From Mycobacterium sp. (GTDB lineage: Bacteria; Actinomycetota; Actinomycetes; Mycobacteriales; Mycobacteriaceae): a stretch of DNA of 64,000 bases. The stretch lies in assembly GCA_018883075.1 (NCBI GenBank), contig VEQU01000002.1, positions 8,911 through 72,910 on the forward strand, in the 5' to 3' direction. Made by a program: the position numbers and the translations under genes. Shown here in pieces: positions 32,595 to 43,264 of this stretch. Within the stretch, counting starts at the first letter, position 1; each line of letters begins with the position of its first letter. The notes below the pieces were generated by a model. It saw only the letters and a program-made list of their open reading frames with translations. It searched no databases and had not been told where the DNA came from.

Positions 32595-33698
32595 GTGAGG
32601 CTACCGTTACCCGGCGTGGGCTCGGCAGATGACGATTACGGCGGCGCACACGTCGCCGACGGCGTATCGCTGGCGCCGCTGACCACCCTGCGCATCGGTC
32701 CGGTGGCCCGCCGGCTCATCACCGCCACCACCGCCGAGCAGATCATCGCGACCCTGCGGACACTCGACCGCAGTGAGGACCGGGTGCTGGTCCTAGGCGG
32801 CGGCTCCAATGTGGTCCTCGCCGACGACATGGCCGATCTGACCGTGGTGCGGCTGGCCAATTACGGCATCGAGATCGACGGCGCGCTGTTGCGTGCGCAG
32901 GCCGGCGCCGACTGGGACACAGTGGTACTGCGCGCCATCGAGGCGGGACTCGGCGGCCTCGAGTGCCTCTCCGGCATACCGGGCTCGGCCGGTGCCACAC
33001 CCGTGCAGAACGTCGGCGCCTACGGCGTCGAGGTCTCCGATCTGATCACCCGGGTGCGGCTGCTGGACCGGCCGAGCGGGCAGAGCAGGTGGGTGCCGGC
33101 CGCCGAACTGGACTTCGGCTACCGACGCAGTGCCCTGAAGAACGGCCTGCATGACCCGGCCGGTGCCGTCGTGCTGGAAGTGGAGTTCGCGCTCGACCCC
33201 ACTGGTGCGAGCGCGCCGCTGCGGTACGCCGAACTCGCCGAATCCCTGGGCCTGGCAGCCGGTGAACGGGCCCACCCCACGCAGGTGCGTGATGCGGTGC
33301 TGGCCTTGCGGGCAGCCAAGGGCATGGTGCTCGACGCGGATGATCACGACACCTGGAGCGTCGGTTCGTTCTTCACCAACCCGGTGGTGCCGGTGGAGAT
33401 TCTGCACCGACTGCAGTCGCGCACCGACGCTGCCGTACCGAACTATCCGGCTTCCGGCGGGGTGAAACTAGCCGCGGGGTGGTTGGTCGAACGCTCTGGT
33501 TTCGCAAAGGGTTTCGGCGCCGGGCTCGGCACCGGCCGTGCCAGGCTGTCCACCAAACACGCTCTGGCCCTGACCAACCGCGGCGGGGCGAGCACCGCCG
33601 ATGTGCTGACGCTGGCCCGCACGGTCCGCGACGGGGTGCGTGACACGTTCGGTGTCACCCTGGAACCCGAGCCGATTCTGGTCGGCTGCGCGCTATAG
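32595..33698 (+). CDS. murB: UDP-N-acetylenolpyruvoylglucosamine reductase (true start probably slightly downstream)
   Basis: [40 protein letters not shown]. Confidence 0.95.
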   Translation: MRLPLPGVGSADDDYGGAHVADGVSLAPLTTLRIGPVARRLITATTAEQIIATLRTLDRSEDRVLVLGGGSNVVLADDMADLTVVRLANYGIEIDGALLRAQAGADWDTVVLRAIEAGLGGLECLSGIPGSAGATPVQNVGAYGVEVSDLITRVRLLDRPSGQSRWVPAAELDFGYRRSALKNGLHDPAGAVVLEVEFALDPTGASAPLRYAELAESLGLAAGERAHPTQVRDAVLALRAAKGMVLDADDHDTWSVGSFFTNPVVPVEILHRLQSRTDAAVPNYPASGGVKLAAGWLVERSGFAKGFGAGLGTGRARLSTKHALALTNRGGASTADVLTLARTVRDGVRDTFGVTLEPEPILVGCAL

Positions 33699-33712
33699 CG
33701 CGAGAGGACGCC

Positions 33713-34465
33713 TCAGGGCCGGCGGTTGAACCGGCTCGCGCTGGCCTGGTCTCGCGGCCGGATGACGATCTGGTCGATGTTGACGTGCGCTGGGCGGGAG
33801 GCCACGAAGCCGATCACCTCGGCGACGTCGCCGGCCGACAGTGGCGTGATCCCGGCGTAGACGGCCTCGGCGCGTTGGGTATCCCCGCCGAACCGCACCA
33901 GTGAGAACTCCGTCTGCACCGCACCGGGGGCGATCTCGGTCAGCCGCACCGGCTTGCCGAGCAGTTCGCCGCGCAGCGTTCGGTGCAGTGCCCCCTGGGC
34001 GTGCTTGGCCGCGGTGTAGCCGGCACCGCCGTCATAGACCTCAAGTGCGGCTATCGACGTCACCGTCACGATCAGTCCGTCGCCGGAGGCGACCAGCTTG
34101 GGCAGCAGAGCACGGGTAACCCGCAGGGTACCCATCACATTGGTCTCCCACATCCAGCGCCAGTCGTCGAGGTCAGCCTCGGCCACCGGCGTCAACCCCT
34201 TGGCTCCGCCGGCGTTGTTGACCAGCACGTCGACCCGGTTCAGCCGTTCCGCCAGATCGGCCACCGCAGCATCATCGGTGACATCGGCCACCACGGCGGT
34301 ACCACCAAGTTCATCAGCGAGCCGCTCGATCCGATCGGATCGCCGTGCCACAGCGACGATATGAAAACCCTGTGCGGCAAGCACTCTCGCGGACGCCTCG
34401 CCGATACCCGAACTCGCGCCGGTGACCACGGCCACGCGGGAGTGCGCATCGGGACTCGTCGTCAT
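33713..34465 (-). CDS. SDR-family oxidoreductase (Rv0484c-like)
   Basis: TGASSGIG, NNAG, YTAAK; TACAGT -10 hexamer 7 nt before ATG. Confidence 0.92.
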   Translation of the reverse strand: MTTSPDAHSRVAVVTGASSGIGEASARVLAAQGFHIVAVARRSDRIERLADELGGTAVVADVTDDAAVADLAERLNRVDVLVNNAGGAKGLTPVAEADLDDWRWMWETNVMGTLRVTRALLPKLVASGDGLIVTVTSIAALEVYDGGAGYTAAKHAQGALHRTLRGELLGKPVRLTEIAPGAVQTEFSLVRFGGDTQRAEAVYAGITPLSAGDVAEVIGFVASRPAHVNIDQIVIRPRDQASASRFNRRP

Positions 34466-34500
34466 CGACCTCACTGTAGCCAGCGTGCCAAGATGGACGG

Positions 34501-35853
34501 ATGCCCCATCCCCGGGATGACGCCGGCACCGTGGCCGGCGCTGTGGGCGGCGTGCTGCCCAGACGGGTCGCGGTGCTGTCCGTGCACACCTCCCCGCTGG
34601 CTCAACCCGGCACCGGGGACGCCGGCGGTATGAACGTCTACGTACTGCAGACGGCACTGCACATGGCGCGGCGCGGCGTGGAGGTGGAGATCTTCACCAG
34701 GGCCACCTCCTCGGCGGATGAGCCCGCCGTGGCGGTGGCTCCGGGCGTGATCGTGCGCAACGTCGTGGCGGGTCCGTTCGAAGGGCTCGACAAGTACGAC
34801 CTGCCCACCCAGCTGTGCGCCTTCACGGCCGCGGTGCTGCGCGCGGAGGCCAACCACGAGCCGGGGCACTACGACATCGTCCATTCCCACTACTGGCTGT
34901 CCGGTCAGGTCGGGTGGCTTGCGCGAGACCGCTGGGCGGTGCCGTTGGTGCACACCGCGCACACCCTCGCCGCGGTGAAGAACGCCGCGCTCGCCGAGGG
35001 CGACTCGCCGGAGCCGCCCCTGCGCGCCGTCGGCGAACAACAGGTCGTGGATGAGGCCGACCGGTTGATCGTCAACACCGAATCCGAAGTGCACCAGCTT
35101 GTTTCACTGCACAACGCCGATCCGCGCCGTATCGACGTCGTGCATCCCGGCGTCGATCTGCAGACGTTCGTCCCCGGTGATCGCGCGTCGTCGCGGGCTG
35201 CGCTGGGGCTGCCGAGGGATGGGACGATCGTCGCCTTCGTCGGGCGTATCCAGCCCCTGAAGGCCCCTGATGTGTTGCTGCGCGCCGCCGCGCTGCTGCC
35301 ACCGGCTGTCCGGATCGTGGTCGCCGGCGGCCCCTCGGGCACGGGTCTGGCCGCTCCCGACGGCATGGTTCGGCTCGCCGCCGAACTCGGGATCGCCGAC
35401 CGCGTCACCTTTTTGCCGCCGCAGCCGCGGGAGAAGCTCGTCGACGTGTACCGGGCGGCCGATCTGGTGGCGGTGCCGAGCTACTCGGAGTCCTTCGGGC
35501 TGGTGGCGATCGAGGCGCAGGCCTGCGGTACCCCGGTGGCCGCCGCAGCGGTGGGCGGACTTCCGGTCGCGGTGGCCGACGGTCGCAGCGGCGTGCTGGT
35601 CGACGGTCACGATCCGGCGCAGTGGGCGGCAGCCATAACCGGGCTGCTGGAGTCGGACCAGGCCGCGCTGCGGCGCGAGGCCGTCGCGCATGCGGCCCGG
35701 TTCTCCTGGGACAACACCGTCGACGCACTGCTGGCCAGCTACGGGCGGGCGATCGCCGACTACGCCGGCGCGCACCGGCGCAGCGCAGCCAGGGATGTGA
35801 CCGCCCGCCGCAACGGGCGGCGCTGGACCCTGCGGCGCGGGGTGCGAACGTGA
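34501..35853 (+). CDS. mshA: D-inositol-3-phosphate glycosyltransferase (mycothiol biosynthesis)
   Basis: [50 protein letters not shown]. Confidence 0.97.
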   Translation: MPHPRDDAGTVAGAVGGVLPRRVAVLSVHTSPLAQPGTGDAGGMNVYVLQTALHMARRGVEVEIFTRATSSADEPAVAVAPGVIVRNVVAGPFEGLDKYDLPTQLCAFTAAVLRAEANHEPGHYDIVHSHYWLSGQVGWLARDRWAVPLVHTAHTLAAVKNAALAEGDSPEPPLRAVGEQQVVDEADRLIVNTESEVHQLVSLHNADPRRIDVVHPGVDLQTFVPGDRASSRAALGLPRDGTIVAFVGRIQPLKAPDVLLRAAALLPPAVRIVVAGGPSGTGLAAPDGMVRLAAELGIADRVTFLPPQPREKLVDVYRAADLVAVPSYSESFGLVAIEAQACGTPVAAAAVGGLPVAVADGRSGVLVDGHDPAQWAAAITGLLESDQAALRREAVAHAARFSWDNTVDALLASYGRAIADYAGAHRRSAARDVTARRNGRRWTLRRGVRT

Positions 35854-36386
35854 ATGCCAGGGATGCCACCGCGCGCATCCAGCGGGTCATCGAGGAGACG
35901 CTGGCCGACCATGAGCTGACCTACACCCGGTACCAGGGCGCCCACGGTGGCCTGCCGGGAGTCATCGTCGAGCTTCCCGGCGAGCGCAAACTGACCACGA
36001 ACACTCTGCTGAGCATCGGGGAGCACTCGGTGCGCGTCGAAGCGTTCGTCTGCCGCAAGCCCGACGAGAATTTCGAAGGGGTGTACCGGTTTCTCCTCAA
36101 GCGCAACCGCCGGCTCTACGGCGTGGCATACACCCTCGACAACATCGGCGACATCTACCTCATCGGGCGGATGGCGCTCGACGTGGTCAACGCCGAGGAG
36201 ATCGACCGCGTGCTCGGCCAGGTGGTGGAGGCCGTCAACAACGATTTCAACACCCTGCTGGAACTCGGCTTCGCGACCTCCATCCGCAAGGAGTGGGAGT
36301 GGCGGGTGTCGAGGGGGGAGTCGCTGAAGAACCTGGAAGCCTTCCGGCATCTGATCGAAGACGACGATGCAGGCCGTGAGGCCTGA
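35850..36386 (+). CDS. YbjN-domain protein (Rv0487-like)
   Basis: GTGA overlap with mshA; [31 protein letters not shown]. Confidence 0.9.
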   Translation: MNARDATARIQRVIEETLADHELTYTRYQGAHGGLPGVIVELPGERKLTTNTLLSIGEHSVRVEAFVCRKPDENFEGVYRFLLKRNRRLYGVAYTLDNIGDIYLIGRMALDVVNAEEIDRVLGQVVEAVNNDFNTLLELGFATSIRKEWEWRVSRGESLKNLEAFRHLIEDDDAGREA

Positions 36387-36491
36387 GGAGGAGTCGAGAA
36401 TCCGACCCGAAGACGACGATGCAGGCCGTGAGGCCTGAGGAGGAGTCGAGAATCCGACCCGAAGACGACGATGCAGGCCGTGAGGCCTGAG
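36356..36491. repeat. MIRU-like VNTR, 52-bp unit x ~2.6
   Basis: CGAAGACGACGATGCAGGCCGTGAGGCCTGAGGAGGAGTCGAGAATCCGACC at 36356 and 36408, partial copy at 36460; carries MIRU hallmarks GACGACGATGCAG and TGAGGAGGAG. Confidence 0.9.
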
Positions 36492-36512
36492 CGAAAATGA
36501 GAGACTGCACCG

Positions 36513-37262
36513 ATGCCTGACACTGCCACGCTGATCCTGTTGCGCCACGGCGAAAGCCAGTGGAATGCCCTCAATCTGTTCACCGGCTGGGTGGACGTCG
36601 ATCTCACCGACAAGGGCCGTAGCGAGGCGCTGCGCGCCGGTGAGTTGATCGCCGCGCAGGACCGCCAGCCCGATGTCCTTTACACCTCGCTGCTGCGGCG
36701 CGCCATCACCACCGCCAACCTGGCGCTGGACAAGGCCGATCGGCACTGGATCCCGGTGCACCGCGACTGGCGCCTCAACGAGCGGCACTACGGGGCGCTG
36801 CAGGGCCTGGACAAGGCCGAGACCAAAGCCAAGTACGGCGAGGAGCAGTTCATGGCGTGGCGGCGCAGCTACGACACCCCGCCGCCGCCGATCGAGAAGG
36901 GCAGCGCCTACAGCCAGGACGGCGATCCGCGTTACGCCGACATCGGCGGCGGACCGCTGACCGAGTGCCTCGCCGATGTGGTGGCCCGCTTCGTGCCGTA
37001 CTACGAGCAGACCATCGCCGCGGACCTGAAGGCGGGCAAGACGGTGCTGGTCGCCGCGCACGGCAACTCGCTGCGGGCGCTGGTGAAGTACCTCGACGGC
37101 ATGTCCGACGAAGCGGTGGTCGGCCTGAACATCCCCACCGGGATTCCCCTGCGCTACGACCTCGACGCGAACCTCAAACCCCTGGTGCCCGGCGGCGCCT
37201 ACCTGGACCCGGAGGCCGCCGCCGCGGGCGCGGCCGCCGTGGCCAAACAGGGCGCCAAGTAA
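36513..37262 (+). CDS. gpm1: 2,3-bisphosphoglycerate-dependent phosphoglycerate mutase
   Basis: [25 protein letters not shown]. Confidence 0.97.
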   Translation: MPDTATLILLRHGESQWNALNLFTGWVDVDLTDKGRSEALRAGELIAAQDRQPDVLYTSLLRRAITTANLALDKADRHWIPVHRDWRLNERHYGALQGLDKAETKAKYGEEQFMAWRRSYDTPPPPIEKGSAYSQDGDPRYADIGGGPLTECLADVVARFVPYYEQTIAADLKAGKTVLVAAHGNSLRALVKYLDGMSDEAVVGLNIPTGIPLRYDLDANLKPLVPGGAYLDPEAAAAGAAAVAKQGAK

Positions 37263-37368
37263 AACTTTCGGTGAACAACCGCCGAACACCCTGGCGGGCG
37301 GCCGTGCTGCCGGCGGTCGGTGCCCGATCGTGTTCCTGTGAGCGTCCTGGCCTGCGTACGCTTCGGTT

Positions 37369-38541
37369 GTGAGTGCCGTGTGGGCGATCGCCGTCGCCGC
37401 CGCAGGCGTGGCCGGCGTCGTGGCGGGGTGTGGCATCGGGGTTCTCATCGGAAGGCGCCGCGGTGAGCGCAGTCGGGGGCGTACCGGTTCCAGTGCCGAC
37501 ATGACGGTGTCGCAGATGCTGCAGCGTGCCGTCTCGCTCGCCCCGATGGGGGTGGTGGTGGTCGACGGCTTGCGCGACGTGGTGCTGGCCAACGACCGGG
37601 CCGCCGAACTCGGGCTGGTGCGCGAGCGCCTGCTCGACGACCGGGTGTGGGCCGCCGCCCAGCGCACGCTGGCCACCGGGGAGGACGCCGAGGTCGACCT
37701 GTCCGCACCGCACGGCGCGGCCGCCGGCCGCTCCGGACTCTTCGTGCGCGGTCACGTGCGTCTGCTCAGCGAAGGCCGCCCGCGCTTCGTTGTGATCTAC
37801 CTCGATGACCAGTCCGAGCAGGCGCGCATGGAGGCCAGCCGCCGCGATTTCGTGGCCAATGTCAGCCACGAATTGAAGACCCCGGTCGCGGCGATGGGCG
37901 TGCTGGCCGAGGCCCTGTTGCAATCCACCGAGGAACCGGAAACCGTCGTGCGGTTCGGACACAAACTGCACACCGAGTCCCAGCGGCTGGCGAACATGGT
38001 GGGGGAGCTGATCGACCTGTCCCGCCTGCAGGGTGCCGAGCGGCTGCCGGATCTGGTCTCAATCGACGTGGACACCGTTGTGCAGGAGGCGATCTCACGT
38101 CACAAGGTGGCCGCCGACAACGCCGATATCACCGTCGACACCGACCCGCCGAGTGGATACCGGGTGCTCGGCGACCAGGCGCTGCTGGTCACCGCGGTGG
38201 CTAACTTGATCTCGAACGCGATCGCCTACTCGCCTGATGGCTCGACGGTGTCGATCAGCCGCCGCCACCGCGGCGATCAGATTGAGATCGCGGTGACCGA
38301 CCGCGGGATCGGCATCGCGCTGGCCGACCAGGAACGGGTCTTCGAGAGATTCTTCCGGGTGGACAAGGCGCGCTCGCGCGCGACGGGCGGGACCGGCCTT
38401 GGGCTTGCCATCGTCAAACATGTGGCGGCGAACCACAACGGCACCATCCGGCTGTGGAGCCGACCCGGGACCGGATCGACGTTCACCCTGTCGATCCCGG
38501 TGTACGCCGGTGAGCCGGCCGACGCGGAGGAGGAGCTGTGA
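37369..38541 (+). CDS. senX3: Sensor histidine kinase SenX3
   Basis: [13 protein letters not shown]-box, NLISNA, DRGIG, GGTGLGL; upstream of regX3. Confidence 0.93.
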   Translation: MSAVWAIAVAAAGVAGVVAGCGIGVLIGRRRGERSRGRTGSSADMTVSQMLQRAVSLAPMGVVVVDGLRDVVLANDRAAELGLVRERLLDDRVWAAAQRTLATGEDAEVDLSAPHGAAAGRSGLFVRGHVRLLSEGRPRFVVIYLDDQSEQARMEASRRDFVANVSHELKTPVAAMGVLAEALLQSTEEPETVVRFGHKLHTESQRLANMVGELIDLSRLQGAERLPDLVSIDVDTVVQEAISRHKVAADNADITVDTDPPSGYRVLGDQALLVTAVANLISNAIAYSPDGSTVSISRRHRGDQIEIAVTDRGIGIALADQERVFERFFRVDKARSRATGGTGLGLAIVKHVAANHNGTIRLWSRPGTGSTFTLSIPVYAGEPADAEEEL

Positions 38542-39224
38542 CCAGGGTGCTCATCGTCGAGGACGAGGAGTCGCTGGCCGATCCGCTGGCCTTCCTGTTG
38601 CGCAAGGAGGGGTTCGAGGCCACCGTCGTCACCGACGGCCCGTCGGCGCTCGCGGAGTTCGATCGGGTCGGGGCCGACATCGTGCTGCTCGACCTGATGC
38701 TTCCCGGTATGAGTGGCACCGATGTGTGCAAGCAGCTGCGGGGCCGTTCGGGCGTGCCGGTGATCATGGTGACCGCCCGCGACAGCGAGCTGGACAAGGT
38801 TCTCGGACTCGAACTCGGCGCGGACGACTACGTCACCAAGCCGTACTCGGCGCGCGAGCTGATCGCCCGTATCCGAGCTGTCCTGCGCCGCGGGGGAGAC
38901 GCCGACGAGGGCATCCTCGGTGACGCGATCCTGGAGTCCGGGCCGGTCAGGATGGACGTGGAGCGTCATGTGGTGAGCGTGAACGGCCGAAAGGTCGCCA
39001 TGCCGCTCAAGGAGTTCGACCTCCTCGAGTACCTGATGCGCAACAAGGGCCGGGTGCTGACCCGAGGCCAGCTGATCGACCGGGTGTGGGGGGCGGATTA
39101 CGTCGGAGACACCAAGACGCTCGACGTCCACGTCAAGCGGCTGCGGTCGAAGATCGAAGCCGATCCGGCCAACCCGGTGCACCTGGTGACCGTTCGCGGC
39201 CTGGGCTACAAGCTCGAGGGGTAA
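38538..39224 (+). CDS. regX3: Response regulator RegX3
   Basis: Receiver LLDLMLP, winged helix [21 protein letters not shown]. Confidence 0.96.
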   Translation: MTRVLIVEDEESLADPLAFLLRKEGFEATVVTDGPSALAEFDRVGADIVLLDLMLPGMSGTDVCKQLRGRSGVPVIMVTARDSELDKVLGLELGADDYVTKPYSARELIARIRAVLRRGGDADEGILGDAILESGPVRMDVERHVVSVNGRKVAMPLKEFDLLEYLMRNKGRVLTRGQLIDRVWGADYVGDTKTLDVHVKRLRSKIEADPANPVHLVTVRGLGYKLEG

Positions 39225-39238
39225 CCGGCCGGGCCTGC

Positions 39239-40021
39239 TTATCCGGTGCCGGCGGCCCGGGTGGCCGGATGCACGGCGATGAGCGGGAATCCGCTGCGCC
39301 GCTTGCACATCGCCGCCAGCTCCCCGTAGGCCTTCTCGCCGAGCAGTTCGGTCAACTCGGGAGCGTATGACTGCCACACCGGCTTGGCGCCGACGTGCGC
39401 GGCCGGGTCCCCACTGCAGTACCAGTGCAGGTCCTCGCCGCCCTCGCCCCACCCACGGCGGTCGTACTCGGTGATGATCGTCTTGAGGATCTTGGTGCCG
39501 TCGGGCCGCTTCACCCACTTCTGGTCACGGCGGATTGGCAACTGCCAGCAGACGTCCGGCTTCATCGTCAGCGGCTCGACCCCGAGCTTGAGTGCCTTGC
39601 TGTGCAGTGCACAGCCGATCCCGCCGGAGAAGCCGGGCCGGTTCAGGAAGATGCAGGCGCCCTTGTACTTGCGGGTGCGCAGGTTCGGCTTGTCCTCGTA
39701 CTCGTCCATCTCGAGGTAGCCCTTCTTGCCCAGGCCCTTCGAGCGGAACTGCCAGTCGCTGTCGTCGAGTTTCTCGACCGCGGCCTCGAGCCGGCGGCGA
39801 TCGTCCTTGTCGGACAGGAAAGCCCCGTGCGAGCAGCAGCCGTCGTCCGGCCGCCCCTTGACGGTGCCCTGACAGGCCGGGGTGCCGTACACGCACGTCC
39901 AATGCGACAACAGCCAGGTGAGGTCCGCGGCGATGAGGTGCTCGGAGTTGGCCGGGTCGTAGAACTCGATCCACTCGCGGGAGAAGTCCAGATCAACCTC
40001 GCCGGGATAGCTGCCTTTCAT
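39239..40021 (-). CDS. Conserved Cys-rich protein (Rv0495c-like)
   Basis: [40 protein letters not shown]. Confidence 0.88.
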   Translation of the reverse strand: MKGSYPGEVDLDFSREWIEFYDPANSEHLIAADLTWLLSHWTCVYGTPACQGTVKGRPDDGCCSHGAFLSDKDDRRRLEAAVEKLDDSDWQFRSKGLGKKGYLEMDEYEDKPNLRTRKYKGACIFLNRPGFSGGIGCALHSKALKLGVEPLTMKPDVCWQLPIRRDQKWVKRPDGTKILKTIITEYDRRGWGEGGEDLHWYCSGDPAAHVGAKPVWQSYAPELTELLGEKAYGELAAMCKRRSGFPLIAVHPATRAAGTG

Positions 40022-40055
40022 GGATAACCACCGTAGACGCATTAGGTTGTTGTAC

Positions 40056-41012
40056 GTGCGATTGGGCGTCCTCGACGTGGGCAGCAATACTGTCCATCTG
40101 CTCGTGGTCGACGCGCACCGGGGCGCTCACCCCACTCCGATGAGTTCCACCAAGTCGTCGTTGCGACTCGCGGAGTCGATCGACGACTCCGGAAAACTGA
40201 CCCGTCGCGGCGCTGAGAAGCTGATCGCGACGGTCGACGAATTCGCGAAGATCGCCGCCAGTTCCGGGTGCTCGGAACTGATGGCTTTCGCCACCTCCGC
40301 GGTGCGCGACGCGCGCAACTCCGATGACGTGCTGGCCCGGGTGCGCGCCGAGACTGGGGTGGAACTCGAGGTCCTCTCCGGCGTCGACGAGTCGCGGCTG
40401 ACGTTCCTGGCGGTGCGCCGGTGGTACGGCTGGAGCGCGGGGCGCATCACCAACCTCGACATCGGTGGTGGGTCGCTGGAGCTGTCCACCGGACTCGACG
40501 AGGCCCCCGACGTGGCGCTGTCGGTCCCGCTGGGTGCGGGCCGGCTCACCCGCGAGTGGCTGCCCGACGACCCTCCGGGCCGGCGCCGGGTGGCCATGCT
40601 GCGCGACTGGCTCGACACCGAGCTGGCCGAGGCGGCCAAGGCCATCCTTGACGCCGGACCCCCTGACCTGGCCGTGGGCAGCTCCAAGACCTTTCGCTCG
40701 CTGGCCCGGCTGACCGGTGCCGCGCCCTCGGCGGCTGGGCCGAGGGTCAAACGGACCCTCACCGCCAACGGTTTGCGGCAACTCATCGCGTTCATCTCTA
40801 GGATGACCACGGCGGACCGTGCCGAACTGGAAGGGGTGAGCGCCGAGCGGGCGCCACAGATCGTGGCCGGGGCTCTGGTGGCGGAGGCGAGTATGCGAGC
40901 GCTGTCGTTGGAGTCGGTCGACATCTGCCCGTGGGCACTGCGCGAGGGGGTCATCCTGCGCCGGCTCGACAGTGAGGCCGACGGCACCGCCCTGGTGAGA
41001 GGCGACAGATGA
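40056..41012 (+). CDS. ppx1: Ppx/GppA exopolyphosphatase (Rv0496-like)
   Basis: [31 protein letters not shown]. Confidence 0.93.
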   Translation: MRLGVLDVGSNTVHLLVVDAHRGAHPTPMSSTKSSLRLAESIDDSGKLTRRGAEKLIATVDEFAKIAASSGCSELMAFATSAVRDARNSDDVLARVRAETGVELEVLSGVDESRLTFLAVRRWYGWSAGRITNLDIGGGSLELSTGLDEAPDVALSVPLGAGRLTREWLPDDPPGRRRVAMLRDWLDTELAEAAKAILDAGPPDLAVGSSKTFRSLARLTGAAPSAAGPRVKRTLTANGLRQLIAFISRMTTADRAELEGVSAERAPQIVAGALVAEASMRALSLESVDICPWALREGVILRRLDSEADGTALVRGDR

Positions 41013-42394
41013 GTTCTTCCGATGGCGGTTCCTCGGATACCGAGGAGCCCCAGAGCACTCGGCCGATCTCGGTCGCCGAGCTGCTGGCCCGTCACGGGAC
41101 CCTCGGTGCGCCTCCGGCCGGTGGTCGGCGCCGCAGGCGCAGGGGCAAGAGCAACGCGGTGACGGTGGCCGAGCTGACGGCGGAGATTCCCGTCATTCGT
41201 GATGAGCCGCCCGCGACCGAGATCACCGACGTCCATCCGGCCGTGGAGGAGGTCCTCTCCGACGCTGCCGACGTTGACGAGATTCTTGAGGCGGAGGTGC
41301 CTGAGGCCGACCTCGAGGCGGCTGAGGTCGAGGCGGCTGAGGTCGAGACGGCTGAGGTCGAGACGGCTGAGGTCGAGACGGCTGACGTCGACGAGGTCGA
41401 ACCTGAGGCAGAAGATGAAGAGGTCGACGAGGCCGCGGCCGAAGCAGAGCCTGACGACGCCGACGATGCCGACGAAGTCGAACCCGTAGACCAGGACGCC
41501 GAAGCCGAAGCCGAATCTGACGAAGCCGAAGCCGAAGCCGAGGCTGACGAAGCCGACGAGGTCGCCGAGGCTGACGAAGCCGACGAGGTCGCCGAGGTCG
41601 AAGCCGAGGTCGAAGACGAGGTCGAAGACGAGGCCGAAGACGAGGCCGAAGACGAGGCCGAAGACGAGGCCGAAGCTGACGAAGAAGTCGAAGTCGAAGC
41701 TGTCGAAGCCGAGGCAGAGGCTGACGAGAACAAAGAGACAAACGAAGAGCTAGAGGCTGGCGAGGATAAATCTGAGGAGGCGGCCGAGGCGCAGGAGCCC
41801 GAGTCACCGCCCCTGGCCAGCGATCCGGTGGTCCGCCGCGGCGACGGTCCGCCGTTGAGCCATGATCCCCGTCCGGTCCGCCGGTCATCGGGCGCCGAGC
41901 AGATGTCGTATGACCCCGTCGACGAGTCGGTGGACCTGTCCGATCTCGTCGACGCCGCGGCGGGCGAAACCGAGGTCTTGCGCTCCTACCTGACCGCCTC
42001 CGGCGGGACCTTGTTCAGCGGTGAGACGGTGGCCGACGACCTGGCCCGCCGCGGTGTCGGCGCCGGCACGGCCGATGACATGCGCACGCCAGTGGCATCA
42101 CCGGATGGTGTGCCCGCTGCGGGGAAGATGGCCGCACTTCGCGCCGCAGCGGTGGCTGCCGGCCAGTCGGTGCTCGCCGTACTCTTCGGTGCGGGGCTGT
42201 TCATCGGATTCGATCAGCTCTGGCGATGGAACACCATTGTGGCCCTTGTGCTTTCGGTGCTGGTGATCCTCGGTTTGGTGGTGGCCGTCCGCGTCGTGCG
42301 CCGGACAGAGGACATCGCCAGCACACTCATCGCGGTGGCGGTCGGTGCGCTGGTGACGTTGGGTCCGCTGGCCCTGCTGCAGTCGTACGGCTGA
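41009..42394 (+). CDS. Rv0497-like membrane protein with expanded acidic tract
   Basis: TRPISVAELLAR...VTVAELT N-terminus, three C-terminal TM helices with FDQLWRW and RRTEDIAST. Confidence 0.88.
   Translation: MSSSDGGSSDTEEPQSTRPISVAELLARHGTLGAPPAGGRRRRRRGKSNAVTVAELTAEIPVIRDEPPATEITDVHPAVEEVLSDAADVDEILEAEVPEADLEAAEVEAAEVETAEVETAEVETADVDEVEPEAEDEEVDEAAAEAEPDDADDADEVEPVDQDAEAEAESDEAEAEAEADEADEVAEADEADEVAEVEAEVEDEVEDEAEDEAEDEAEDEAEADEEVEVEAVEAEAEADENKETNEELEAGEDKSEEAAEAQEPESPPLASDPVVRRGDGPPLSHDPRPVRRSSGAEQMSYDPVDESVDLSDLVDAAAGETEVLRSYLTASGGTLFSGETVADDLARRGVGAGTADDMRTPVASPDGVPAAGKMAALRAAAVAAGQSVLAVLFGAGLFIGFDQLWRWNTIVALVLSVLVILGLVVAVRVVRRTEDIASTLIAVAVGALVTLGPLALLQSYG
41321..41671. repeat. Nested coding tandem repeats (15-bp x4, 27-bp x2, 12-bp x5)
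   Basis: GCTGAGGTCGAG(A/G)CG x4 at 41321-41380; GAGGCTGACGAAGCCGACGAGGTCGCC x2; GAAGACGAGG(T/C)C x5 at 41612-41671. Confidence 0.9.
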
Positions 42395-42407
42395 TCAGCC
42401 GCCGAAC

Positions 42408-43253
42408 GTGCGCCCCGCGATCAAGGTCGGCCTGTCCACTGCATCGGTCTACCCGCTGCGGGCCGAGGCCGCCTTCGCATTCGCGGCTGAACTCGGCTAC
42501 GACGGCGTGGAGCTGATGGTCTGGGCCGAGCCGGCCAGCCAGGACATCGGTGCGATCGCAAAGCTGGCGCACCGCTACGGGGTCCCGGTGCTGTCGGTGC
42601 ACGCGCCGTGCCTGCTGATCTCGCAGCGGGTGTGGGGACCCGATCCGATCGCCAAACTGAACCGCAGTGTTCAGGCCGCCGAGCGGCTCGGCGCCTCGAC
42701 GGTGGTCGTGCACCCCCCGTTCCGCTGGCAGCGCCGCTACGCGGAGGGATTCGCCGACCAGGTGGCGCGGCTCGAGGAGCGCAGCGACGTCCTTGTGGCG
42801 GTGGAGAACATGTTCCCGTTCCGGGCCGACCGGTTCTTCGGCTCCGGCCTGCCCTCCATTGAACGGATGCGTCGGCGCGGGGGCCGGCCGGGCGTGGGCA
42901 TCTCCGCGTTCGCGCCGTCCTACGACCCGCTCGACGGCGGTCACGCGCACTACACCCTGGACCTCTCGCATACCGCCACCGCGGGAACCGACGCACTCGA
43001 CATGGCCCGCCGGATGGGATCGGGACTGGCGCATCTGCACCTGTGCGACGGCAACGGCGCGTCGACCGATGAGCATCTGGTTCCCGGGCGCGGCGGCCAG
43101 CCCGCCGCCGAGATCTGCCAGATGCTCGCCGGCAGCGACTTCGCCGGTCACGTCATCCTCGAGGTGACCACATCCGACGCGGCCACCCGGGCCGAGCGCG
43201 AGTCACTGCTCGCCGAGTCGCTACAGTTCGCCCGCACCCACCTGCTGCGTTAG
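42408..43253 (+). CDS. Sugar phosphate isomerase/epimerase (AP endonuclease 2 TIM-barrel; Rv0498-like)
   Basis: STASVYP, SVHAP, VENMFP, LDLSH, HLHLCDG, DEHLVPG. Confidence 0.9.
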   Translation: MRPAIKVGLSTASVYPLRAEAAFAFAAELGYDGVELMVWAEPASQDIGAIAKLAHRYGVPVLSVHAPCLLISQRVWGPDPIAKLNRSVQAAERLGASTVVVHPPFRWQRRYAEGFADQVARLEERSDVLVAVENMFPFRADRFFGSGLPSIERMRRRGGRPGVGISAFAPSYDPLDGGHAHYTLDLSHTATAGTDALDMARRMGSGLAHLHLCDGNGASTDEHLVPGRGGQPAAEICQMLAGSDFAGHVILEVTTSDAATRAERESLLAESLQFARTHLLR

Positions 43254-43264
43254 AAGGGCCGGTC

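Noticed and set aside
36356-36491. Possible CRISPR array
   Set aside because: Units are identical head-to-tail with no unique spacers and no cas genes; it is a MIRU-type VNTR
35760-37676. 638-aa minus-strand ORF with internal repeats
   Set aside because: Overlaps four real plus-strand genes; its repeats are just the VNTR read in reverse
41092-41733. 213-aa poly-Ser/Ala ORF resembling a serine-rich adhesin
   Set aside because: Reverse-complement of the Glu/Asp-rich repeats of the Rv0497-like gene
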